From contig NC_087437.1 in the NCBI RefSeq assembly GCF_036321535.1, positions 107,510,001 to 107,574,000 of the forward strand: a stretch of DNA of 64,000 nucleotides, read 5' to 3'. The position numbers were made by a program, and so were the translations under genes. The notes beneath the pieces are model-generated. The model did not search any database, was not told the origin of the DNA, and saw nothing but the letters and a program-made list of their open reading frames with translations. The DNA comes from Camelus dromedarius (taxonomy: Eukaryota). The first letter of the stretch is position 1. Each line of letters begins with the position of its first letter. Below, one piece after another: positions 52,640 to 64,000 of this stretch.

Positions 52640-53056
52640 TAACAGTAGAGATTGTTCTAACAGCTTTGCTGAGGAAACAAACTGCCATAAAATCTCAGTG
52701 GCTTGCAACAATAAAGCAACATTTATTTCTTGTTCAAGCTAAGTGTTGGCTGAGCTCATATGCAATCCTCACCCCTGTATTTCTATTCCAGGACCCAGAC
52801 AGAAAATGGAAACAAACAGGCTAGCAAAATTTACTAGTACCTCTTAAAGATTCTTCTCCAATGTAATTTACATCATGCCCATTCATGTTCTATTGGTCAA
52901 GGGACATCATGTGGTCAGGTCCAATGTCAATAGAGCAAGGAATATATTGTCCTTTCATAAAGAGCCCCTTGAACTCTATGGCAATGAGCAGTGAGGTACA
53001 ATTCCCTTACAGAAAAGGAAGAATGAAGAACTGTCTGCAATAACACAATCTAGCAT
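52640..53056 (-). mobile_element. Old MLT1 LTR
   Basis: 'aaaatctcagtggcttgcaacaataaagcaacatttatttcttgttca', 'ctattggtcaagggacatcatgtggtcaggtccaatgtcaat'. Confidence 0.7.
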
Positions 53057-55865
53057 AAACATTTACTCCTATATTTTATCTACAAAGTCATCCTATCTAA
53101 GAAAAGCTGGCTCAGTTTTTAAGTATCAACAATCATGCTGTCATATTGCATAGTATTACCATCAGAACTTGTTTATAATTTTTTAATACAATTACTTTGA
53201 TCCTTTCTCAGGAATGATATGAATTATTGACATGCTATCTTCTTATTTCTACTAGGAAATTCTGTATTAAAGAAGTAACACTTTTTGTACAGCATACAGA
53301 ATAAATCTGTTTATTAATTCATGAAAAGTTATTTGTTGAGTTTCTATAATCTGCTACAATCACAAATGAAAACACACAAAAACAGCAAGCAAACTGTCAA
53401 AAATAAACATGCCTCACCTTTGGCATCTTTCTCAACCCTACCCTGTATACCCAGACTAACACTGGGTCCCAGGCTCCTTCCAACACAGGCTCATGTGCTG
53501 CAGTTCTGAATATATATTGTGACTCACAACCACAACCTATCTTATTCTTTTTAATGGCATCTCATAGCCTTTAGGAAAAAAATCAGACTTACTATAATTT
53601 ATCGCAATTTGTCACAGTTTACGCTGCTTTGCAGGCTCTGGGCTTTCCTCTCTCATCTTGCTCATTTGCTAGAACTCACTGTGTCTCACAACCTACAGCC
53701 ACTCTGGTCTTTTTCCTGTTCTCAGATTCTCTGCAATATGATGTCTTCCCATTTTGTACTCAAGAGGCTCCCCTCCTTCATTCATCCTTCTTGGGAAGGA
53801 CTTTCCTCACCCTTTGTTGTAAATAGAACCCCTATTTTCTTTGCTCATGTATTTTTCATGTATTTTTTCCTTTATAGCCATATCACAACCTGTACCTATA
53901 TTACATTTGCACCATTATTATTATTTTTTCATGCCTCTTTTGCCTTTTAGACTTGGGTACTCAAAGTGTGATCCTGTGGACTGGAGCAGTGGGAACTCTT
54001 TGCTACCAGTTTGAGGGAAGATGAGGATAAGCACTGAGGTGAGGCTAAGCACTGATGTACGGACAAACATTCAAAATGTCTGCAACAATTTGACATTGCC
54101 AAGCCATCCAAGTTTCTAACCAGTGAGATGTCTCTGGCCAGCGTATAAAACAGTTAGGGTGTTGTGAGTCAAATATGGTATAAACATGTTAGTCACATGT
54201 AATAGGACCACATTGCAACATGTGGCATTTTAAAGCTAGTTTGTACACTGTAACTTAAGTGTGTGTACAATTTTGTAACGTAAAATTACAAAACGTAAAC
54301 TTTGTAAGTTTTTATAATTTATTTTTAGAACTGTGCACTTGTTTATTGATAACTGCTTTTCATTTATAGTTTAACAATATTATCACAAGGAAATTCAATT
54401 TGCATTATTTTAAGTGAAACATATAAGGAGAATTTACTGCACTGGACTTGCTAAGAGGAGATACATATTCTATGAATGCTACAGTAGTTATAGACCAAAT
54501 GATGGTGATGGAAGTCATTATGAAGAGCTGAAAACCAAGAGTTCATACTCATTTTACTCAGAAATACAATTCCTAATATGTTGCAATCATTTTAAAATCA
54601 TAATTGATGGTAATATGCTAAAACCACAGTGTTTTATTTATGGAGATATGTCAGATAATTAAGGGATAAAAGCATCAAAACTTAAGTGATATTTACATAA
54701 AACATGTAAATAAATATGTTCAAAACCAAGACTGCTTTGTAAAAAAAAAACACTATTGCATTAAAAAACTGACAGAAACAGATGTTCAACATTTCACATA
54801 TAAATATTGGTGCTATGTGGGCTTCTTATAAAACAACATTTTGGGTTGCTGAGACTAAATGAAACATACATACAATTGCTGGCTCTTTATATAGTGTTAA
54901 AGATATTTGTTTGGAAAAAATGTTTGCTTGGAAGAATCTGTGGTATGAGGTCAATCAAATACCACTTTCCAATGATACTGGGTATTCAGGAACTGAGTGA
55001 TGATACAGGAGACCAACTCAGAGTAATTAAATCTAGCAGAGTGTTTTTAATTGAAACTAGACTAATGCCCAGATACTGCTTACATGATAATTATACTACA
55101 TATTGCATTTTCAACCTAATGTTGATGGGTGGATTTTTTTTCATCATCATTGACTTAAAATGACTAGGTCTGAACTGTATAAAACTATGCATGGTTAACC
55201 AATGTAGTTTGGAGATTAAGCTTTGTGTAGTAGTATGTTCTGATAGCACAATATTTATGACAGAAAACATTCTGGAATAGTTTCTCAGATATGGCGCTGA
55301 GCTTGCACCAAAATGAAGATCAACACGCTGCTTTGTTTATCAAAAAATCTTGCTCTGCACAAAATGTCAGCTTAAATAAACAGAGTGCTTAACCACACAG
55401 TAACATTTGTGAATTCAGTAAATGCTAAACAATTGAATTTGAGATTATTTTCTTTATCAAGTGATAATATGGAAGCTGATTATAAAGCACATTGTTGCAC
55501 AAAGAAGCATGATGGTTGTGGAGAAGAAAAATTGTGTTAAATGTTTTAATTACTTTAAAAAAACAGTATTTTAGTAAAATGAGAAACTAGTTTGGTTCCA
55601 ACTTTTAAAAGATATTCAACAATAGCCAAGATTGCTTGTTTATTGGATGCTTTGTGTACATTTGATGATATTAGTACTTCTAGGAATGAAATAAGTTTTT
55701 CAATGGCAGATAAGATTGGAGGGCAAAAATAAAACTGAGAAGCTTTGTAAAAAGTAGTTTTAAAAGATTTTATGAAGTTAATAACTTAACAATTATCCAT
55801 TAAGTAGATGTTGATGTTACTATTTCATACTTGCAAAAGGTTATCACCAAAATTTTAATTGAAGA

Positions 55866-56373
55866 TGTGATGGTTTTTAACATGTCAACTTGACTTGACT
55901 GGGCTAAGGGATGCCCAGATAGCTGGTAAAGTGTTATTTATGGGTGTGTCTGTGAGGATGTTTCTGAAAGAGATCAGCATTTGAATCCATAAACTGAATA
56001 AAGAAGGTCACCTTGACAAGTGTGGGTGGGAATAATCTGACCCACTGAGGGCCTAAATAGAACAAAAGGTAGAGGAAGGGTGAATTAACTCTTTCCAGTT
56101 GAACTGGGGCATCCATTTTCTCCTTTGACATCAGCACTTCTGGTTCTTGGGCACTTGGACTTGGACTAAGACTTTGATATCATTTCTCCTGGTTCTCCAG
56201 CCTTAGAGTTCGGACTACAATATCACCACCAGCTTTCCTGGGCCTCCAGCTTGCAGGTAGCAGACTGTGGGAACTCTCAGCCTCCAAAATCACATAATGT
56301 TACTTTATTATAAATCTCCTTATATATATTTATATGCTTTCTGTTTGTTCCATTTTTCTGACAAACTCTAACA
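55866..56373 (+). mobile_element. MLT2 5' LTR of an ERVL provirus
   Basis: 'tgtgatggtt...gactgggctaagggatgcccagatagctggtaaa', end 'aactctaaca'. Confidence 0.92.
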
Positions 56374-57815
56374 GATTTTGGTACAGGAGTGGATTGAGAA
56401 GGGCAGAATTTTAAGAATGAGTTTTCTGAATTGGTTCTGTGGTTTCTAGAATTAGCTCTCTAATCTGATTAGATTTAAACTTGCTAATGTCTTTATTTCA
56501 AGAGGTAAAAAGATCACTGATAGTATATGGTGTGAACTGTTTACAGAGATACACAAAATACCGCATTGGACACTCCTAATCAACCAGCCGTTAAAAGCAG
56601 GAAGCTAAGTTACTCTGTATCTGATACTTTCTAACTTTTTTGGAAAACTAAGAAATATGATGACAATGGTTGGTTGCTCCTAATGTTGCTGGACAAAGTG
56701 GTGAAAGAAAAACATGAGCCCAGGGATTTGAATTCTCAGCTGAAGTGCTGCAAAAATGATCTAAGAGCTTCTATGTGTGCTCTGAAAGAGACCCTTATCT
56801 CCTGTAGTCATAGGACCTAAATTGTTGAAAATCAAATACATCAAATCTAATCCATTGAGATTGGGCTGTTAGAGTGGATTTTTAAGTTAAAACCTACGCA
56901 TTCACACTGGGAGGGTCCAGAAGACATACCTTTTACCAGTATTTTGAGAAATAAATTTGTGAGAGGAGCCTGGAAAGGCTCCGTATCTACTCTTCCCTAT
57001 AGTTCAGACCTTATAGTAGAAACTGTAATCACTGAATTGGAAAAACTAAATGCAATAAAAGTAATTAGATCCAGTGATGACAGGGGCCAAGTGGCATCAC
57101 TCCATCCCAAAGGCATAGTGGGGGTGGTTACCATTAAAGGACAGCAGAGTCAAAGCAGCAATCAAAATAGTCTGACTCATGTAGGTTTATGGCATTGGCT
57201 AGTTAATCATGGTGTTCTTAGAAGTGACCCAGATAGGAAGCCTATTAAATTCTTACTTGATCTGTATAAACAGAAAAGTTCTAGGTCAAGTGATCTTGAA
57301 TCATAAAAATGGAGTCACAATCTCTCAATCTGTTCTCCGAGTTGAACCAGTTTATAAACACCAATCCCTTTGAATGAAGAGGAGGTCAGGTCGTCTTAAG
57401 GAAAGATCCCTCCAAAATACTGAAAATTTATGCTATTTATCATTCTCCCAGATTTTCCTCAAAAAGACCTGTAGTCTTCTCACAGGGTAACTACACATCG
57501 GGGAGATGGCAATCATCAGACACTTGGAGGACTTCTGACTCTAAACAGACCTCAGAAGACCCAAAATGTTACTGCCATCCACTGGTCAGAGTAGGGGCTT
57601 AGCGAAGTCACATGATCAATGGAGTTTTACTCAGTTCCTCCTCACAATGAGTCCAGTGGGTCCTGAACCCATTATATTATTTCCCCAGTTCCAGAATGCA
57701 TAGTTGGAATAGTCAGACTTAATAGCTGCCACAGTCCCCACATTTGTTCCCTGACCTGTGCAGTGAGGGCTATTATATTGGGAAGGGCCAAGTAGAAGTA
57801 TTAGAAGTGCCTCTA
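56374..57815 (+). mobile_element. ERVL internal region (gag and protease relic), 3'-truncated
   Basis: Leader 'gattttggtacaggagtgg'; ORF 56944..57306 'RGQVASL...QQSQSSNQNSLTHVGLWHWLVNHGV...DRKPIKFLLDLYKQK' matches ERVL Gag; protease-like 'RVTTHRG', 'PLVRVGA*RSHMINGVL'. Confidence 0.9.
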
Positions 57816-58513
57816 TGTAGCTTGCCAAAGGCTCCAAATATAATGGCAGTATAATTTGATAGAACCTGCTACTGATGAAATGATGAAGATGAATTTTGGA
57901 AATACACTATCACTTTATTTTTGGATACAAGCTAAAAACAAGCTGGGTTTACTGAAATTACCGTAAAGGCTCCTTTTCCATCCCTTTACATATCTGTGAG
58001 ATTGGTTTCTGTATAATGAGTGCCATTAAAATAAAGTGTAGAAACAGCACAGACAGTCATCATATCATGCATTGTTGCCAGTAAAATCTAGATTAGACGT
58101 GCTAATAAAGAAGAGGCAAATTGTTTGCATTTATCACATCAGACTTCTTTAAATACTTACACACTGTATTTCCAAAGTGTGCATTTGTATTTATTACATG
58201 AAATCACAGTTCATTAATAAAGTTTTAGTTGGGATTGTAGAAAGACAAATGGTATAACAGCAATTCTCTATATTAGTGACCTAGGCTCATTTTCTTAATA
58301 AGGAAGATATACTATTTTAAAAATTATTCTCTTTTTTATATATTATGTATGTTCTGGTTATATTTTAAAAAATGGAAGATATTCCTGTTTCTAAAAATGA
58401 ATGTGTTTGTATTTTGCATATCTTTGGTTTATTTCAGTTTTCTAGTCATTTTATCGTATTTTCCAAAAGTAAAAAAAAAAAAAAAAAACTGGTTCCTCAC
58501 TATAAATAGTACT

Positions 58514-58945
58514 TTTAAGGTTTTTATTCTGGAATAATTATAGAATCACAAGAAATTGGAAAGCTAGTAGAGAAGTCCGATGTACCTTTCACCATATTTC
58601 TCCCAGAAAGTATCTTATACAACTATGATGCACTGTCAAAACCAGAAAATTGATGTTAATACAGTATGTGTACTTAGTTCTATCATGTTATCATGTATGT
58701 TAGTTGGTGTAACCGCCACCACAATCAAAATACCACAAAGATCTGCCTAGTGCTACCTCTTGACCATCACGCCCATCCTCCTCTACCTCCAACATCTCCT
58801 ACCTCTTGGAACCCAAAAACATGTTTTTCATTTTTATGATTTTGTTTTTGTCAAAACTGTGGTATAAACAGAGTCATTCAGTATGTGACATTTCAATACA
58901 TTTTTTTTTTCATTCAGAATGATGCCCTTGAGATTTATTTAAGTG
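58514..58945 (-). mobile_element. Old L1 3' end (L1MB/MC-like)
   Basis: 'tttattctggaataattatagaatcacaagaaattg...gatgtacctttcacc...tcaaaaccagaaaattga'. Confidence 0.75.
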
Positions 58946-59708
58946 CTAGGGATCAGAACTCCAACATATCTTTTGGAGGGGACACAATTCAACTTGTAAT
59001 GTTAATCATGCATAATACTGGTCTATAATTTTCTTCTTCCATTTTTTTTTCTCAAGATCTTTCTCAGATTTTGATTTTAGTATGAGGCTGGACTCATATA
59101 TTGAGCTGAATGTTGTCTCTCTTCCTCTGTTTTCTGAAAAAGTGTATATAACTTTGATTTTATTTATTCAATGTTAGAATAAATCAGCAAACTAATTCAG
59201 TCTTACATTTTCTTCTTGATAACAAATTCAGTTTCCTTAATGAAGTACAGTACTATGCAGATTTCCTGCCTTCTTAATTTTGAGAAATAGTATTTTTAAA
59301 GAAATGTAACTCTTTGTTCCATGTTGTAAACTGTGTTGGCATATAGTTCTTAACAGTGTTTTTTTTTTTTCCATTCTTTAATGTTTGTAGGCTCTAACTC
59401 TTTATCATTAAAACTGGGTAACCCACTTTTTCAGCCATGCTACCATCTGAATAAAACTTTCCTCCTAAGAACTTGGTGCATCATTCATTATTTTATCATA
59501 TTTACTAAACACCCTATGAGTGCTGTATGGGTGCTGAAAAATGAAGGTCAAGACTGAGGCATTCTCTGCCTTCAAAGAATCTACAGTCCTGTGTAGAATG
59601 TGGTTATTAAGAAACAATTTAGAATCAAGCATGTTTGGCATAAAGAAAAGAAGACATTATGCTTAAAGAAATATCTCATGGATCTGAAGGTTAAATAGAA
59701 TACAGTCA

Positions 59709-59950
59709 GGGAGGTGGGTGGAAGGGACAGACTGGGAGTTTGAGATTTGTAGATACTGACAGGTATATATAAAATATATAAATAAGTTTATATTTTATAG
59801 CACAGGAAAATACATTCAAGATCTTGTAGTAGCTCACAGTGAAAAAGAATATGAAAATGAATATATGTATACTCGTGTGTGACTGAAAAACTGTGCTGTA
59901 CAACAAAAACTGACACAACATTGTAAACTGATTATAACTCAATAAAAAAA
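59709..59950 (+). mobile_element. Young 5'-truncated L1 3' end with perfect TSD
   Basis: 'gggaggtgggtggaagggacagactgggagtttgagattt...ctgacacaacattgtaaactgattataactcaataaaaaaa'; TSD agaatacagtca (59697-59708 / 59951-59962). Confidence 0.92.
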
Positions 59951-60065
59951 AGAATACAGTCAAAGAGAAGGAAGCACCTTCTAACCAAAGAAAAAAGCTA
60001 AATAAAATTGCAGGAGCAAGAGATAATAAGGTATATCCAAGAAGTTATGTAAAAATATAAAATAT

Positions 60066-61480
60066 AGTTCTAACAGGTTTTGGGTGGAGACTTTCAGAGT
60101 TTTCTATATAAAGTATTGTGCCATCTGCAAATCTATTGCTTTTCTATACATTAATAATAAACTATCAGAAAGAGAATGAAGAAAAAAAACTCAAAGACAA
60201 ACAAAAATTCATTTAGAATTGCATCAAAAAGAATAAAAACCTAGGAATATACTTAACCAAGGGAATGAAAGACCGATATTCTGAAAACTGTAAATTATTG
60301 ATTAAGGAAATTGAAGATGGTTCAAAGAAGTGGAAAGATATCATGTGCTCTTGGATGGGAAGAATTAATATTGTTAAAATGCCCATACTACCCAAAGAAA
60401 TCTACAGGTTGAATGTGATCCCTATCAAAATATCACAGCATTGTTCACAGAACTAGAACAAATAATCCTAAACTTCATATGGAACCACAGAAGACCTCAA
60501 ATTGCCAAAGCATTCTTGAGAAAAGAAGAACAAAGCTGGAAGAATTACCTTCTTTTCAAACTATACTACAAAGCTATAGTAATCAAAACAGCATGACACT
60601 GGCACAAAAAGAGACACATAGATCAATGAAACAGAATAGAAAGCCCAGAAATAAACCCACACACTTATGGTCAAATAATCTATGACAAGGAGGCAAGAAT
60701 ATATGAAGAAGAAAAGACAGTCTCTTCAATAAGTGGTGCTGGAAAACTGGACAGCTACATGTAAAAGAATGAAACTAGAGCATTTTCTAACACCATATAC
60801 CTAAATAAACTCAAAATGGATTAAAGGCCTAAATCTAAGACCTGAAACCTAGAACTCCTAGAAGGGAACATACAAAGAACACTCTTTGACATAAATCATA
60901 ACAACATTTTTTTGGATCTATATCTTAATGAAAAATAAATAAAAGCAAAAATAAACAAATGGGACCTAGTTAAACTGAGAAGCTTTTGCACAGCAAAGGA
61001 AATCATCAACAAAATGAAAAGGGATATGGGATAGGAGAAAATATTTGCAAATGACGTGGCTGACAAGGAATTAATATTCAAATATAAAAACAACTCATAC
61101 AAATCAATATCAAAATCAGTATAAAAGAATCCAATAAAAAAATGGGCAAAAGACCTAAAAAACACACATTTTTTTCCCAAAGAAGACATACATGTGGCTA
61201 ATAGGCACATGAAAAGTTATTAAACATAGCTAATTTTTAGAGACATTCAAATCAAAACAACAGTATCACCTCACACCTGTCAGAATGTCTATCATCAAAA
61301 AAGTCTACAAATAACAAAAGTTGGCAAGGATGTGGACTTGGCAAGAGTGTGGAGAAAAGGCAGTACTTGTGGACTGGTGGTGGGAATATAATTTGGTACA
61401 GTCACTGTGGGAAACAGTATGGAGGTTTCTCAAAAAGCTAAGAATAGAATTACCATATGATCCAGCAATTCTACTCCTTG
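60066..61480 (+). mobile_element. L1 ORF2 segment with a short 5' inversion, lacking 3' UTR and poly-A
   Basis: '[40 protein letters not shown]' (60265..60456) and 'LVQSLWETVWRFLKKLRIELPYDPAILLL' (61321..); 60066-60132 is antisense RT sequence. Confidence 0.92.
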
Positions 61481-64000
61481 AAATTGAAAGATTGGATCAT
61501 TAAATATAAGCTTAGTAGGATGTACAATAAAGAAGGAGGGTACAGTTGGGTAAAGAAAGTTGAGAGATGCAATTGAATTTAAGTTCAAGGGAGGCTGAGG
61601 TTGAGAGAGAGTTCAAATGGGGACAGATTAACACAGAAATTTGAAAGAGACAAAGCTGTAGTGGAAACGGGATGCATGTGTCTGAAACTTCTGACACAAG
61701 CCTGGTGATAGAATTTTGAGCTAAGAAAGAAAGAGGCAAATGCATAGAGGGAGAAGTGTGAGCCTTATGTGATATCATTGCTCTTAGAACGTCCTGTGAT
61801 GTCTTTGTAATCAGACTCCTGTGTCATCTCTGTTGTGAGATCAAAGAGAGTCCCTTTGTGTCCAGTTTATAACTTATTCTTTCCCCCTCACCAAACATAC
61901 AAATCTACCAGCCTGTGCTACTATACAGAACAAGATTCCATAACTAAATCTTGCAACAATACAAGAGTGAAAGGAATACGTGTGATTTGTCCCCAAAGCA
62001 GATTATAAAATTACTCAGTAACAAGCACAGGGCAAAATACTTCCAAAATGATGTCATATCCAGCAGCTCATAGAGCCTCATTGATTATCTCACTGCCAGA
62101 AGAATTCCAAATCTTTTGACCCCCTGCTATCTTCTTGACTTGGTTACTAAATCCCATCAATATGGTCATGAGAGATGAATGCTTCTACAATGGCATGAGT
62201 ACCAGTCAGAAAGGTCTTAAGTAAAGAAAGAGATCTCTTATAGCAATAGCTTTATATAGAAAAGTTTAGAATTACGCAGTAGATAAAGTCTAACTGCAGA
62301 CCTGAGATGCCTCGAAGCAATAATGGGAAATAAATCTTGTAATTGTATTTATATTTTCACAATGAATAGGACAAATGCAGTCCCTTTCTCTTGGGAACCA
62401 GCTTCAAAGTTCAAACAGTACTGTCTCCTGATACAATTTTTTTTGAAGAATAGCTTTGAAAGTATCAAGCAAACTGATTTTTTTAATGGTTTTGGGTAAC
62501 ATATTTACATTTAAAACTTTTGAGCTTGCATTTTCCTCTTTTTATGCTGAATCTGTCAACTGGTTGGAATTTGTAATTTATGGCTCTACAGCAATCCAGT
62601 ATTCTTTATCCTCAAGTGATCCTATTGCCATGAAAGTTTATGTTACACTGATGAAAAACATTTCTACAAGCAAGATTATTTTCTGGAATTGTTATATGAT
62701 GTTTCTTAATGTGCTGTTTTATGTGTGGTACTCACACACAGTTTTTCTGAAGGGCTTGTGATCATAGAAGAATTAATGAAAATGTTAATTTCTTAAGATA
62801 TCTCCCATAATGCTTCCTTTTTCAGTAATTTATTTTCAGCCTCAAATGTTTATCTTTCTTCTTATATTAGTTTCACTCATCTTCATTGTTTCCCTACTAT
62901 TTAAAAGATACATCATATAATATTAATATTTGGAAAAATAAAAATATATAAATAACAGTCTCTAACTTTAAGTGTTATGATCAATCTCGTGGCAAAACTA
63001 AACTCTAAACAGCTAATTTAATCTGATATCGGAGCATTTTTTTGTGAATATTTATCAGCCACAGGTCTGGTGGGGTTGAAGAAGGAGGAACACATACATG
63101 ACTACACTGATCATCATTATCATTCAGCTGTGTTTTATTCACATAAGCCAAAATGCTTTACTTTTGTCTAATACAAAAGTTTTTAGTGTTACTCACATTT
63201 GTCTAACACATAACAGCTTCTCTAGAATTATGACTTCCTTAGGCTATGATTCATTTTTTTTAAATCATCCGGGGTTTAATCAGAATGTGGTTTCAAAGTT
63301 ACAAGGATAATTTAAAAGCACAGAAGCCACATATTTACCAGAGGTATAAAACTGCACCTACTCACAACAGCTTAAAACTTTTTACATTATTTCTGGTTCC
63401 AAATGTTTATTTACCAGAAAATCAGCCTTTATTTACTGAGCAATTGATTTTCTGTTAGAACATTTCTCAAAATTAACCTATTTATAAGCAAGAAAATTTG
63501 GGTGTTTTATAAGGAAACACTGGCTTGATTTGGGTGAACTCTTTTCATATTTGCATTTCTAAGATTTTACTGAAGAGGAAAATCTGGCATCCTGTTTTTC
63601 ATTGGTCAAGGTGTGCACCATGAAGCATTGCCTTGCCCACATCTTCAGGCTCTGAAATTTGGCTCCTCTGGGCAGCCAGAAGAAGCAGAAATTCCCCAGC
63701 TCCAGTTTGGCCAGTGGAAAGGTAGGGCAGTCTTTCCCCATCAGCCAATGCAGAGCATGAGGGTTGTCCCAGCCTTTGGAGGTGGTAGAGGAATGAGTGT
63801 GGTCTGGACACGGGAAGTCCTTGAGTTAACACTATGCCTCTTCCGTAGGAAACAAACAAGATCCCAAGGTCTGGAGAAAGCCTGAGTAGATGAGCTGGTG
63901 ACACGGAGAAGATCTTATGGGTCTACCATACTACCATTTTTTTTATTATTTTTTAAAAATCTTGATACCCTTCTTTACATGTAATTAATAATTTTCTTCA

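Larger units (their letters stand above)
53953..58510 (+). mobile_element. Near full-length decayed hAT transposon, Charlie4-like (SCAND3/ZBED9/Buster-family transposase relic), split by an ERVL
   Basis: 5' end 'tactcaaagtgtgatcc'; collinear broken motifs 'IIDGNMLKPQCFIYGD', 'QKQMFNISHINIGAMWASYK', 'VCSD', 'LNLRLFSLSSDNMEADYK', 'NLIEPATDEMMKMNFGNTLSLYFWIQAKN', 'CEIGFCIMSAIKIKCRNS'; 3' end 'aaaactggttcctcactataaatagt'. Confidence 0.85.

Noticed and set aside
54807..55163. 118-aa ORF as a host gene
   Set aside because: Lies in the frameshifted Charlie transposase relic and is mostly out of frame with it
56944..57306. Domesticated gag gene
   Set aside because: Short open stretch with a non-ATG start in a provirus full of stops and frameshifts
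31160..61480. Two oppositely oriented L1s covering the same ORF2 segment as halves of one broken element
   Set aside because: They overlap in consensus coordinates and differ in sequence, so they are independent insertions; similar 5' truncation points are probably coincidental
63559..63904. Overlapping 60-101 aa ORFs in a GC-richer patch
   Set aside because: No recognisable homology or convincing splice context; may be an old LTR-type fragment I cannot name
1..64000. CRISPR array, operon, rRNA or other prokaryotic system
   Set aside because: Sequence is mammalian repeat-rich DNA; no regularly spaced repeat-spacer array or long ORFs were seen

Overview
AT-rich, CpG-depleted mammalian DNA, most likely from a camelid: it carries a Vic-1-type tRNA-derived SINE and young L1 3' ends, and I saw no Alu, B1, Bov-tA, PRE or SINEC. 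No intact protein-coding gene is recognisable, so the window reads as gene desert or deep intron. The only convincing protein similarities are relics: L1 ORF1/ORF2 pieces, ERVL gag/pro, a near full-length Charlie4-like (SCAND3/ZBED9/Buster-family) hAT transposase, and a 5'-truncated EEF1A1 processed pseudogene inserted inside an L1. Several nested insertions have readable target-site duplications (TSDs). The most unusual unexplained structure is a 53/54-identical inverted repeat pair (41351-41404 / 43614-43667) with an internal palindrome, enclosing about 2.2 kb of unique sequence that includes a candidate micro-exon. Repeat subfamily names come from recalled consensus sequences, not a database search, and the boundaries of old repeats are approximate.
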